From Octopus bimaculoides (taxonomy: Eukaryota), in the NCBI RefSeq assembly GCF_001194135.2, contig NC_068994.1:1504085-1547356 (forward strand): DNA of 43,272 nucleotides, given 5' to 3'. Under the pieces are notes generated by a model. That model saw only the letters and a list, made by a program, of their open reading frames with translations. It searched no databases and had not been told where the DNA came from. Position 1 is the stretch's first letter; every line of letters begins with the position of its first letter. This document shows, piece by piece, positions 21,346 to 35,293 of the stretch. Made by a program: the position numbers and the translations under genes.

Positions 21346-23297
21346 AGACAATTTCTAAGTCATAATGTGAAATTGTGGTACAACAGGTAACTAAACAAAG
21401 ATTACATAGAGAATTGGAGGAAAGAGATGAGGCTGTACGATGGCAACAAGTCATCTAATAGGAAGGGTGGGGGTGGTCGCAATAAATGTAGTTGCTGTGA
21501 GAGAAAGAAGAGCTGTGATGATATTTTGGGTTGCAGGTTCAATATCAAGCAAGACAAAAGATTGATCTTTGTTTGGAATCTATGCTTAACCATGACAAAT
21601 TCAATTCTCTCTTCCCTTTCAGATTGAAATCCAGAACCTCTTTCCTTCCCTCCCACTATGTTTAATTAAAGTACCATAGATAAGCCACCACAGATAAACC
21701 TTCTACATTTTTTCAAGCTACCATATTTAAGCTATTATACTTATATTTCTTCTTTCACTAAATAAACCCTGCGTTGTGATTGGTAACCTTTTATCATACA
21801 ATCTGCACAGAGAGTTTCTTTCTCCCTCAACATTTTCTTCTCCTTTATTCTGTCTCCTTTGTATTTGAAACCCCTGCTTCCATGACTAATTCGTTAACCA
21901 ATGTAATGGAACGCATCACCTTCTCTTAGGTTTAGCTAATCCTGTACCAATATCTGTATAGCTTTATCAAGCTATACACAAACAAATTAGTGGGGATGAG
22001 AATACACTTACCAAAGGTGTATTACTTTAGGTACAACAGGGCTTAGGTCGTCAGTTACTTTTGTAGAGTTCACTCAGATTCGTTCCACACTCACTGTTTT
22101 CGTTCTCCTCCCGGAAGCCCCTTTCTTTCCTGCTGACCAACTCCCTAGCTAGCCCGCAGCAAAGAATCTGTCCACAGTTCACCTGTCACGAATCCTTCCT
22201 TACATCTGCCCAATACAAAAACTCTTCATTCTCTCTCTCTCTCCTTTTGACCCATCTCTGATCCCAATACTTGTACACCCATACTTGACATTGGTTACGC
22301 AATAAAAAGTTCTGACTACTCCTTTTCCCAACTGAATATGGCCACCCCTCCAGAATACAGTACAGTTTTATGTTCTTTGTCTTCACTGGGTTTACTTCCA
22401 GAGCATGGGGGATTGTCACAGGGATTTCAGCTGTAGTAATCTGCTATGTGAATAAAGTACAAAGTCCACCTTAGATTTTTACAAGAGGTTGTACAGGATT
22501 ATGCATGGAAATGCATAAACTCTGTACAAAGACTGGACTGTCTCTTCCTATAACTACTACTATAATGGCCTCTGCTCCTTCAGACTTACTGTAAACTCCA
22601 CAACTGATCTACAGCACCACTATGTCATTATACCAAACACCTATAATAAAAATGACCCATCACTACCGCCACCACCACCACCACTCAGTTATATAGGGAT
22701 CCTAGAAAGGTCTGGAAAAGTTATAGACTTGCTTTTATTCTCCACTGAATACATACACAACCACACAGACACATGCATGCACACACACATACAAACATGT
22801 CTGAGCGTGTGTGTATCCATACAAAGATATTTACATTATACATACATATATACTCAGGTTACATATAGATACATGTCACAATATAGATAGACGTCACAAT
22901 ACATTACATGTAGATACAAAAAACATACACTCATACACACACAAACAGACAGATATTGAATTAGATAGATAGATAGGTAGGTAGATAAATAGATAGAGAG
23001 GCATATAGATAGCTAGATGGATTACCTCAGGGAGGTAAATACCATTAAATCTATAACTTCACTGAGGAGGCCTAGTAAGGTAGAAACCTGCCATTGTATT
23101 TACAAAAAAATACCATACCACCACTAGATGTCTCAATTATTTATAAATTTGGACTTCAGGATTGTTTCCCTTGTCATTCTTGACAAGAATTATCATTAAC
23201 ACTAATGATTTTTTTACGTTACAGGTGCAACAGAAATTGATTAAATACTATCCCTGGCCAACTACTTTATATATGCATGTTATTGAACAGTTAATTA

Positions 23298-23328
<31 letters not shown>

Positions 23329-23650
23329 GTAAAAGTGCGTCATTATTCAGATAATTTATACACAAGGCATAACGTGTGTCTGGGTAGGAAGGGCTATGAA
23401 TCACTGCTGCTGGAGATGGTGGGCAGCAGCTCAACCTGCTAGAAATAGCAGTCAAATCTACTTACAAATTTCAAATGATCATCAGTGAAAAGACAAACAC
23501 ATTGGACAATGTAGTCCAGGTGGATTGTGCCAGAGTAAAAGACAAGAAGGTCATGGCTGGAATCTTCAGGTCATAAGCTTGCTTGATCTAGCCTTGACCT
23601 GGCATTGAAAAACAACACATCATACAATGCATGTAACATGCAAACTATTC

Positions 23651-23681
<31 letters not shown>

Positions 23682-24603
23682 GTTGGTCATATACATATGC
23701 ATATACATGCAATACCCCACTCCACACAGAAACACAGAGATTTGACAAACAGTAAAACAACAATGAACTCCTTAAATCAGCAGAAACAGCCACATATATA
23801 AACACGCACACAGCCAACTACATCTAAACACATGTAGCACACTTGGTGTATACAGACACGAACACACACAGATACATCTATGTATCACCATATATACATC
23901 CACAAAACACTGTGCAGTCACATGCTATCACAGGTCTCTCCGTTCAATAACAACTTCCTCATTCTACACCCACCTACACAGCGTGTATGTGCGTGTGTGT
24001 GTATACATAAGCACACACACACACACACACACAAGCCTTTATAAATATCTATCTTTATATATACTGCATTGTACACTCACAACATAACATACATAAAACG
24101 CACAATGTATATATATTTACTATATATGCAGATACAAATATTAAACCTAGGCACGACACAAACAAACTCTACATTCAGTCATATGAGAAAACATACACAC
24201 AGTATATGCATAAAATACAGTTACACTCTCTATTACACACCCAAATGTACACCGACTGTCTATATAAGAGCATCAAAGATTTCTTCTTCACTATTCATAA
24301 TACTCCATCTTTACTAGCACCCATTATATAAAGAAATGTGTGTGTGAGTAGACACACACATATACCTGTACGTATGTATATACAATCTTGTTAGTAGACA
24401 ATATAGCATCGAGGGTCTTTCCATTCATCCTCCCCCTCCACACACATATATATGCACATATATACATACATATGCACACGCACACACAAATATATAAATA
24501 TATATTGAAGGATAGATAGAGAGACAGACAGACAGACTGATAGAGATAGATAAATAGAGAGATAAACAGACAAACTGAGAGACAGACTGACAGACAAACT
24601 GAT

Positions 24604-24637
<34 letters not shown>

Positions 24638-25223
24638 TGATAGATAAATAGACAGAAAGATGGAGAGAGATTGATTGATTGATTGGAGTCTTCTATCTTT
24701 ACTATATCATACGATATTCTACTACAACCATCATCGCCGCCACCACCAGCAACATGACATCCAGTGGCACTACTACCACCAGTGCCACATCCAGCGGCAC
24801 CACCACCATCACTACTACCACTACCACCAATACCAAGACACCAGTTCCTGCAGAATTAATTACAATACACTGTGTTCTCTCTGAAACAATATCTAACCCC
24901 CCCTCTTTCCTCCTCCTCCTCCCCAGTTCTTCCTATGTTATCCGTCTATTTGTCTATTGATTCTGTTTATTGATTTATCTACCAATGTCTGTCTGTCTGT
25001 CCCTTCTCTCCATTCATTCAGTCTCTCTCTCTCTCCATTCTTCTCTCCATCCAGTTCTTTCTCTCTACCCCATCCAGCTATTCATTTTGCCATCTATGGA
25101 CTCACATATCTATCACTCCAGCCATCCAGTTTGCTCTCTCTCTCTCTCTCTCTCTCACCATATATATATATATATATATTTATACATTCATATCCATATA
25201 TATCTATTGACCTACATACATTG

Positions 25224-25255
<32 letters not shown>

Positions 25256-27094
25256 GCCCATCTCTCTACTTGTCTGCCTCTCTATCAGTCTCTCCATCTA
25301 CCTCCACACACACACACACCCACCCAGCTGTTTATCAATCCACTTCAGTCCTTCCTTGTCCATTCTATTATCTTTCTTATCCGACCAACAATATTACTGT
25401 GGCAGGATCTAGCGTATCATTGCTAAACACACACACACACACACACACAATTTAGACACACCAAGCAACGCATATACACCTACACACACACACACACACT
25501 GCACAACCTCGTCTTCCTCTTCTGTTCCACACCTCTTGTTATCCCATCAACAACAGCAAAGACTATGGCAGCCAACGATAGCAGCCACAGGACTACAGCA
25601 ACAACAAGAGTGAAGGACAACTGTAGTAGTAGTGGTACAGTGGTGGTGGTAGTCTTCATCGCCATTGTGGTACAGTGGTGGTGGTTGTCATGGTGACGAT
25701 AGCATTGCAGTGGTTCTTGGAGTAGTAGGAACAGCAGTTTTGACAATAGCAACAGTAGTATAGGCACATTCCCACCACTACAGCAGTACTACTACAGTAA
25801 CACTACCACTAAGCTGTCACCACTAGAATAACAAGCTTGCTACCACAAGCAACAATACTAGCACTGCAGCAGCAACACTACGACACCACCACTACCACAA
25901 CACAACAACCATACCTCTATCTGATTACCACCACCACAACAGCAACACTACATAAGCCATCAAGGGAGCCACTATGTGGATACTTGATATGTTAAAGATA
26001 ACAGCTAAATTTCCCTCAAAACCACATGTTGTCATTGTAAAGATTATATTAGGAAATGTAGTGTGATGAACAACTATGTCTGAAAAACGGATGGGATGGT
26101 TATGGCTGGAAAGCCTTTGACCAACAGCTGTAACTCTGCTGACAACCACTACCACCAGCGCCTGTACCATCAACATTGCAACAGGCAGTAAACTTGCATT
26201 GGTTGGCTGATGCTACATGAAAAACATGCAACAGTGCCACCATTGATAAAGCAGTATGACCTGGTAGCATGCAGCCTTGATTGTTTTAGGGGTCTTTAGA
26301 GTCACAAATAGACAGAGACATCCTCTTGGCCTGATTAAACTTAATCAGGCAAAACATACAGGATGTGACAGATGGAGGAGAGATGGAACTGCATCAGCAC
26401 TTGGGTGGTTCTCTCTTACAGCTGAGTAGACTGGGGCAATATAAAATGAAGAGGTAGGACTCTATCTAACCCAGGAATTGAACTGACAACTTTTTCATAA
26501 AGATAGTTGTGTGATGATGTTCCACAATATAAACTAAAGAGGGTTTTGGGGAAAGCCCTGTTTTTCCAACGAAGGGCCAAACCACCCCAGCTGGTTGATG
26601 TGTACATACATACATACATATACACTAGACATTTAATACTGAACTGATAAGGGAGTCGTCTGACCTGGTAGTTATAGCAGCTAAATCTCCCTCACCCCAT
26701 TCACTATTGTTTTATAAAAGAGAAAAGATACATTAGCTAATGTGGTCAAAGAAACCCCTACAGAATAAGGGGGCTTCATCAGGATTGTCTTTGAGCATCA
26801 GTCTGCTGAATTAAGGCTGACCTGGAGTTAAATAACTTATGACGAGATGATCCGATGTGATGTGGCTGGACAGAGACTAAAGCTACCTCAACATTGTACT
26901 GTTGTTATTTATGGCAGATGTTTGTGTGTGTGTATGGGATAGTGACATATATATTGCAGTGTGATATGATATTTTCAGAAGCAATACATGTGTCAGTGTG
27001 TTTAAACTTATGTCTATGCATGTTAGTTCATGTCTCATGTATAATATATACATTGATTTGTACACATTGATATATATGCATATGTACATACATG

Positions 27095-27134
<40 letters not shown>

Positions 27135-27469
27135 GCGCACACATATTGAACTGAGTTAACTGAATGGGGATGGAGTTCATCTCAAGTCTTGGGTTTCATG
27201 CTACTGAGATCTTTACGTGAGAATTGTTACAACTTGGTTTGGTGGAATATATACATGTATGTATGTATGTATGTATAATTTAAAAGTGCAGTGAAAAGCA
27301 CTACACTTTACCAAAATGCTTGGGTTCAGTAAATAGCTCCCTACTTCACTCCTATGCAACGCACATTTTGGCAACAACCATCACATCACATGATAGGCTA
27401 GTTATGCAGAGTTTGGCCCATTTTACATATTAATAAGAAATGCAGAAAATGCAATCTGTGTTTTTAAGC

Positions 27470-28145
27470 TTTATAAAGTGTACTGCAAGCTAATTGTTGC
27501 TTTATGCAAGCCACTTGGCCAGTTGCATAATCTAGTTCGTTGGTTGTCTCAGTTTTAGCAGCAAAGAATACAATAAAATGTTTGTTGTTTGTCCTTATAT
27601 ATATATATATATATATATATAATACAAATAATATGTGAGTATATGCATATATACGTACATGTATGTACATACCTACATCTACATGTATATATCGATGCAT
27701 ATCCGGGTACAGGACGTCACAAGAAAACGTGGGCAAAATGAATAACAGAACATAAACAGAGCACAGAAAAGACACAGGCCACATAGAGAACATTTCCTTC
27801 ATCAGCTGCCACCATTCTAAAACTAAGTGTTTCGAAGAGTTAGGGCAGGACGCATTGTTAGAATGGCTCTTCCCATGGAAACAAATTAAATTTGTAACAC
27901 GGAGAAATATAGTGGCGAACAGAAAACACGACGAGAAAACGAAACAGTGAAAATAAACAAGAAGGAGTATAAGGCCAGACGTGAAAAAAATATATATGTG
28001 TGTACGGAACGCTGTGATGTGACGAACTTAAAGGAAGAGAGAGGAAGAAAGTTTGTGTGAGCTTGGCAGTAGCCAAGATAAGAAAGGACGTAGAAGCCGG
28101 ACACACGTGACCAGCGAGGGGTAAGAAGGAAGAGTGTAACAGTAT
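27470..28145. mobile_element. CpG-richer, repeat-like segment, possibly a Penelope-like terminal repeat or retrozyme relic
   Basis: Many more CpGs than its flanks, bounded by microsatellite or low-complexity DNA, and carrying hammerhead core motifs on the minus strand. No protein motif recognised. Confidence 0.35.
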
Positions 28146-28809
28146 CTGTGACACAATGTGCCATCACACCACATAAACACTATGTAACAGTATGCGACAG
28201 TGACATGAGGCAGTTACAACAATTTCTCTCTGATCCGATGTCCACAGTCACATCAAGTGAAGCCACTAAACCACATTCTCTCCTCCCTCCCCCCCTAAAA
28301 AAACTATTAATTTTCAAAAGTTACCACTACCACCACAACTACAACACTGTAACCCTTACTACAACACTAAATCTACCACTACATCACTACACCCTCTACT
28401 GCAATATTGTGTCTCCCACCACACCACTGCAGTCACCAACACACCATTACAGTCATTTGTGCACCGCAACTACACGAAACACGACAATACTACAACACTG
28501 CAACCATTACCTTGCCACTACATTGACCACTACACTACTACAGCCAACACCACACTATGACACTGTAGCACTGCAACCAATATATTACTCAGTAAGTTAA
28601 GCAGGATGTAGTAGAGCAACTGCTCTCAGTGGTGACTGAGTGACCTGGAGAGGAACATGACAGACAATCCACATGGCTACCACTACTGATAAATTATAAC
28701 AAGTGACAGAGCATCTACATATACAAGAAATAGCAGCCATATCTCCATTGAATTGCACTCATTGTCTTTAAAAAAGGAAGGACACATTGTATGATTGCAT
28801 ATTATGTTA

Positions 28810-29345
28810 GTTACAGTTGGAATGTCATTTAGCCCCAGGTCAGTAGAGGCTGACCTGGGGCTAAACAACAAGTACCATCACCACCAATAAGGGAACTTGT
28901 TAGAAATAACAGTCAAATCTCCCTCAAGATCATACTCCACAGTCTCAAACTATGAGGGACACATTGGATAATGTAGTCTTAGATACACAATGTTTGAATA
29001 AAAGACAGAATAGTCACAACTAGAAAAGATTCGATGACAGGCATACTGGATCAGTGCTGACCTTGGGCTAAACAACTAGAAGACACATTAAACAGTGTAG
29101 TCCTAGATACACTGTCTGAACAGAAGACAAACTGGAAACAGGCAGGATTGTCATGACTAGAAGAACCTTAGATCATAGATCTGTTGGATCCTTACCTACC
29201 TTGGGCTAAACAACAACCAGGTTGGTTACATTAGATCATGTAGTCCTAGATACACTATGACTAAATAAAAAAAAAATGAGATGGCTGGGTTTGGAAAACT
29301 TTTGATTACAGATCTGTTGGATCAGGGCTGACCAGGGGTTAAACG
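28810..29345 (+). repeat. Degenerate tandem array (about 130-210 bp units) of a dispersed element, starting with a perfect 16-bp hairpin
   Basis: The motif gctgacc(t/a)(g/t)gg(g)ctaaacaac occurs at about 28849, 29056, 29199 and 29327, and acattggataatgtagtcttagataca-like motifs occur three times. Related single copies lie at about 23430-23610, 26660-26830 and 42215-42320 (reverse). Confidence 0.7.
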
Positions 29346-29489
29346 TCATCATGACAGATCGTTCACACTATCCTTCTGCTCAGAAATATTCCCACTGGAA
29401 ATCATATTTTCATTGGAAACATCACTATTGGCATAAACGAGAGTCANNNNNNNNNNNNNNNNNNNNNNNNNNNNNGGGGGGGGGGGGGA

Positions 29490-29705
29490 GAGACAATAGT
29501 AACAACAACAAGAGTCTCAACAAGAAATATCTTGTTTACAAAAGTTCTGAATGAAAATCTTCCACCAAACCTTAGTTGCAATTTATGTTCCTAAAACTAG
29601 CTGAGTGATTTACAAAGTTATTTTACTAAATTCTTTGTTATATTTAAAAGTAATTGAAAGAAACACAGAGCATCTCGACAGAAAATATGGTAACAAACGG
29701 GTTAA
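29490..29705. mobile_element. TTAA-ended (piggyBac-like) MITE; the other end is lost in the N gap
   Basis: An AT-rich body terminates in ggtaacaaacGGG-TTAA, matching the CCC/GGG plus TTAA termini of piggyBac-type elements. Confidence 0.45.
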
Positions 29706-31099
29706 CCTGACCCACTTTATCAAGGTTTGATGAGGGGATAAACCCAGGTGGGTGGTGATTGAGAGGGGTTGGCAGAAAGGGACCAGTAGAGAGAGAGATC
29801 AGAAGCATGGGTCACTAGGAAAATGAAGAAAGATGGTGAGAAAAAGGGAAATGCTGAAAGGGTTATCAAAGATGACCAAAGAGGAACCAGCAGAGCAGAG
29901 ACCCCGGCAAAATGTGAACAGGAGAAAAGTGAGTACAAAAAGGGGACTTAAGAAAAGGGATAACAGGGAAAAAGGGATAAAAAAAACAAGAATGTGAAAA
30001 AGCAGGACACAAAAGTGTAAAAACGAGTTAAAAGGAAATACATTAACATAACAATAGATTTGTTTTTGTTCCTTTTTTTCCTAATTCTCTCCTTAAAATT
30101 ACAAAGATCCATGGGACCATTTGTTATGGCTGCTGTTGTTTAACCATAAGTCAGAAGAGTCATGAATAAAGGTATTTCATCCATGACCATCCTGTCTTAA
30201 AAAGACCACTGCTATAATAATATTTAGCTCTCCTTGTGGAAAGAAGGGGACAGAAGCTCAATGAAACCCTCCTCAATGAAACCCTGGCTTACTTTTTAGC
30301 TATCTCCTTCATGTAGTCTCTCTTTCACTCAAGTCACTGAGGGTGAGAACGCACACACACACACACATATACAGACACATATACACATACATAAATTTCA
30401 GGTTGGTGTTTAGCATGCTGGAAGACCACTAGGAGTGAGGCACCCGTTAGCTTTTGTCAAAGTCTGCCCCCTAAGGGAAGGTCATTGCTGATATAAAACC
30501 AGATAAGCAAGGAATGGCATTGAATATTTTGGGGATCTTTTGTTTGCATTCGAGATCATGGCTTTACTGAAGACATCTTTGACACAAATACCACAAACCA
30601 TTACTAATCTGGAACCCATTTGAGGAGGAGGGGGTCATGTTTTCCTTGTTATGAAGGGCTAGGTGGGTGGGGGTTGGGTGCAGTTGACAGATGCCAGTAA
30701 CAAGTGGCTCAAGAATGAGGGAATGATGACTGGAATTATAGAATGAGAATGCTGAGTGCAGGAATTACAAGTAGATCTAATTCAATCCCTTATAATGTAG
30801 GCCTTTTGTTAGACAAGAGAGTGAAAGTTATGAGAAGGGAGAGGACGTGTTGTAGTAAGTTCCCTTGTTATACAATTGGGGTTGGATGCAGTGAAGAGGA
30901 GAACAAATGGATGTCAGGGAGATGAGTTGGGTGGATAGATTTAATAACATCCCTAAGTATGGCTCAGTGAACTGAAGGAGGGGTGAGTTACAGAGAGATG
31001 AAAGGGGTGTTAAAGAGTTTGGGAGACTTGACAAAATCTGCATAAACGTGTGTGTGTGTGTGTATAGATGTATGTAGTTGTTAAGTACATCCAGCTCCA

Positions 31100-31413
31100 T
31101 GATGGGAGGGAAACTCTAGGAAGACTATAGCTAAAGTAGAAGGACAAGTTCAAAGCTCACCTGAAAGTGACGAAGATTTCTGCAGAAACATTTGTAAAAA
31201 CTGTATAGAATTGCAATGAATGGTGACTGACTTGCTATAAAACCACAAGGAATTAATGCATCTTGATAATCTAGATAATCGTAAAGAACTGAGATCAAAA
31301 ACAAAGTGTCAGACTGTGATGCCAACCACTTTTTATAACATTCCTTTCTGATGTCCAATCTGTGGACTTGTCTGTATATCGTTGGAGGGATTAAAGTCTT
31401 ATGAGAGACATTC
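31100..31413 (+). mobile_element. RTE LINE C-terminal remnant
   Basis: KDKFKAHLKVTKISAETFVKTV*NCNEW, then CPICGLVCISLEGLKSYERH, which resembles the C-terminal Zn-finger-like motif of RTE ORFs. Confidence 0.55.
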
Positions 31414-32278
31414 ATAACAGAACTAAAGCATCAGAAAAAGAAAAAAAAATGCTATTAGACCTTAATAGATCAGAATTAAAAGGAGAATCCATCATTATTA
31501 TTATTGAGGGAGAGAGCAGCATACACCATCAAAGTGACACTGGGATACAAATATACGAAACTTAATATAGCCATCATGAGTACCCGTCTGATCAAGGTAC
31601 ACCAGACACATGCAGCACAGTCACATATGTGCGACATGGTAATCTCGTATCAAGGTAAACAGTGCATTACCTTGCAGGTGGGGGTCCAGTTGGAATTTTC
31701 TTCAGGTTGAGTAGCCCAGCTCACTCAAAAGGTCCCTGAACAAGGGTTGTTTAAGGATGTTGAATGAAACACCCATGTTTCCAGAGGTGAATTATCTAAA
31801 CCCCGAAGAATTCCTCTCAACACATGGCTATGATGCTCCCCCACTACTTCTGCTCGTGATCAGAGATGCACATATTGTCAGCCACCAAGGGACATGCTCA
31901 ACCAATTAAGGTCAAGCAACTGACAAGTAAATCTGTGGTATTGAGCAGAATAGTTGTTGTAGTCCATCTTTTACATCAAGACAAAACAATATACATGATA
32001 ATACTGCCCATCAGTTAAGATCAGAGAAGCCATGCCAGCCACTGCCTGGTACTGCAATGCCACCCGTCTTTCATTACTGTTATCCTTTTTAACATTCATG
32101 TCGGGTGGCAAATGCTTTCCAACATTGCCTTTCACAAACTGACACGATAGGCTGTTGTCTACTTCTCCTGAAGCAACATCCATGCACTCTTAAACTTCCT
32201 CAGACTCCGTCAGTTGAACGTCTTATTTTCTTCCCCTGCTCCCAGCCTTCACACACATTACTTATCCAAACCAACACA

Positions 32279-32313
<35 letters not shown>

Positions 32314-32409
32314 TATGCTACAACTGATTTCTCTTAGGAGTAAAGATTGTTTTGCCAACATAACATGGTTGTCCTGGTTTAGGACGAATATTGCTGTAAT
32401 TTAGCCCCA

Positions 32410-32600
32410 GGAGACAGAAGGAACCAAATCACTAACATAGGGAGGATGATCAACCATTTCAAAACCAGTCATGCACAGCAGTCATTGAAAGCAAGGACTT
32501 GTGTGCTGAAGCATTGTCCTCATGAAACAAGACCCCCATTCATCATTTTTTCTGGGTGTTTGGTCTTGATAACCTTTCATGACTGCCTTAGCAAGTTGGC
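32410..32600 (-). mobile_element. Mariner transposase fragment (pseudogenic)
   Basis: With two frameshifts it reads ANLLRQS*KVIKTKHPEKM..VLFHEDNASAHKS...EMVDHPPYVSDLVPS, matching the mariner HDNA.PH and HPPYSPDLAPSD motifs. Confidence 0.8.
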
Positions 32601-33499
32601 ATTGAACTTTCCATTTATGGTATGAACATTTTGAAAATAGTCAATAAACACAATATTTTTTGCATTAACGTATAGTATATGTAATAATGTGAAGTATATT
32701 TTGCATATTGAAATGTTTAATTTCAGAAATATATCAAGTAAAGCAAACATAAGCAGTAAAAATACAAATTTCAAAATGTGGGACACTACATGACACAAAC
32801 TAACAAAGAAGAAAGGAAATAGTGGTGCTGAGAGGGCTCAGGAGAAGGATAGGAAAATGAGATAGAAAGGAAGAAAGATAGAAGGAAAGAAAAGAATGAA
32901 ACGGTAAACTGGAGGTCTGAAGTGAATGCTGGGCAGGAGATGAAAGAAAATACATGATTTACTTATGCAGTGGTCAAGTAGTTAAGAGATGAGTGATAAA
33001 AAATTGGATGGTCCTTTGGTACCAAAAAGTGAAGAAAGAGAGACAGTGTAGAGAAGATTGGGGAAGAACAAATAGGAAAAAAAGAGGGAGTGCAGAGAAA
33101 ACAGGGAATAAAGATAGAGAGTAGACAGGGATGGACAGAAGAAGAAATAGATGGGGAAGGTTTTGTGCCCAAGAGGGGAGAAAAGAAGGACAGAGAGAAA
33201 TGGATAGAAAAGAGAGAAAATCTTGCACGAAATATTGAACATTGTCTGGGGTAGCACTGGGTGGGAACAGAAATGGGGTGTGTGACATTACATTGACTAA
33301 TAACCATAAAATGTTGCACAGAAAGTCAACATATAAATACACACACATATATATATATATATATAGAACCCCCCTAGCACTGTAGGTGTTCTAACACCTT
33401 CCGTCATATTTAATCCCAATTATAGTTTCCCGTTTTGGTGATTCATTGCTAAGCTTCTGCCTAATTTAATTATGTATATATATATACTACATATATTCT

Positions 33500-33680
33500 A
33501 CTCTTTTACTTCTTTCACTCATTTGACTGAAGGGTTTTAGCTGAAGAAATTGACCCCAGGACTTATTCTTTGTAAGCTTAGTACTTATTCTATCGGTCTC
33601 TTTTGCCAAACCGCTAAGTTACTGAGATATAAACACACCAACATCAGTTGTCAAATGATGGGGGGGGGGGCAAAGACAGA
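33500..33680 (-). mobile_element. SINE, opposite orientation to the copy at 37045-37230
   Basis: tattctatcggtctcttttgccaaaccgctaagttac is the near reverse complement of gtaatttagcagttcggcaaaagagaccgatagaac at about 37095. Confidence 0.75.
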
Positions 33681-34229
33681 CACACACATGTATGTGTGTA
33701 TGTATATATATATATATATATAGTGTGAGTGTGTGCATGTGTATATATATATATGTATATACACACATGCATGCACACACACATACACAGTCAAACTGAT
33801 TGAAAAATTGCACAAAAGGCAGCAATTTGAAAAATCACATAGAAATGGTGGGGAGAGTGGTGGTGGGTAGAGCGACAGTGGCGTAAGAGGTGTGTTTTGG
33901 CATCGACTGGTGCTGTTTGTATGAATTGCGTGATTTGTCTCAGGTAAATGAGTGAAATTACAGTTACTGTGTGTCTACAGTCTCTTGCATTGAGAAAACT
34001 GGCATATTTTGGGGTATCCTGTGTGCCAACAGTAGATAAAGTAAAAATCTATAAACACATGAGACCTGGAACCATGTAGTTGGGAGGTTTTAGTGGTAGG
34101 ACTGCAGCCATGCTGGAGCACAACTTTCATTTTATTTTCTTCCAGTTTTGTTATCATTTTATGGCTGGAAGTTGGTCAGCGATGATCTCCCACTAGTGCA
34201 TCTCTGAATGACTGACTAATCTGGTATTT

Positions 34230-35293
34230 TTGTTAGTTTTGCCAATGTTTTTTTTTTTGTTTACACTAGGGGTCCCTTTTATATTTCTGATTATGTTAGG
34301 CAGGCAGTTGAACAGTTGAGGATCTCTGAATATCAGACTCGTACAATAAAGTGTTTTTGCTTGTGACTTCAAAGGTGGAATATCTGGTGACATATCGCAC
34401 ACTGTGTTGGAGGGAGAGGGAAGGACATTTGTGGCCAGGTCTTTTTCGATGAAGATCACTATTTCTCCTTGTTTCCATATTCTGTAGTCAGTTCTGACAG
34501 ATATACTTCCACATCCAATATGTCTGGGATCAGGTACGTTTCACTTCATGCTTCACATATTGGCTTTTCTCACAGTAACAAGGTCTCTCTCGCTGTAACA
34601 AGGTCTCCTAAGATATGGTACTCTTGTCTGATATGTGAAGTGTGAAAGACTTTGTACATTTGGCAATGTTATTGATTTAAGTTTGTGGGTTAATGACAAC
34701 AATGGTGTGGTTGTGAACTGGGCTAACAACAGTGATTGGTGCTGTTTGAGAGTTAGAAGGCTTTTTTTTTTAAATTTCTTTTTGCCAGATTCATCATGGC
34801 TAACTAAGGATTTTCTTGTTTCGGGAGGGGTTGTTGTCTGGGGCTGGTATGGTTGCACTGTTGAATATGGTTATAGTTATATGGTTTGTGGCAGTTGGTT
34901 TTACTACTGTACCCAATGAAGGGTGACTTCAAGGTTTTGATGAAAGTCTGAACCATCACTGCCACTGCAAGGCATCCTTCCACTGTGGACTTGGTGGTGG
35001 TTTAGTATCCTGTTTTTACTAATGCATCGAATCCCTGGAAGACGAGTGAAGGGACAATCACACGTCAGACATAATCTTTCATGTTAAGAGTAGCAACGGA
35101 TTTTGGGATTCCGGGATACATGTGAAGAAGTTATTAAGAGTGATTTAGCATTTAGTGGTGGTGGTGTTGTAAGATGTGTGGTTTGGTGTTGGCTGGTATT
35201 GCTGGTACGAATTGTTCGTCTTGTCTCAACATATTTTGGGGTTTCGTGTGTTCATGGTTTTACTTTATTTACAACCGGCAGATTTATCATGGA
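34230..35293 (-). mobile_element. Internally deleted CR1/L2-like LINE: 5' region and endonuclease start joined to the ORF2 C-terminus
   Basis: SETYLIPDILDVEVYL and GEIVIFIEKDL resemble the APE N-terminus. They are followed directly by LYCTSLIFRDPQLFNCLP, resembling the ORF2 end. 34960-35293 aligns with 20450-20835. Confidence 0.6.

Noticed and set aside
21400-22420. Possible Gypsy integrase relic (EGWP..., YWADVRKD, LQPK)
   Set aside because: Only scattered short resemblances; too weak to call without a profile search.
28810-29345. CRISPR-like repeat-spacer appearance
   Set aside because: The context is eukaryotic, the repeats are degenerate, the spacers are homologous to each other and of uneven length, and there are no cas genes.
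32963-33348. Three overlapping hydrophobic ORFs (118, 124 and 91 aa)
   Set aside because: They result from a purine-rich plus strand, whose pyrimidine-rich complement lacks stop codons. There is no domain or splice support.
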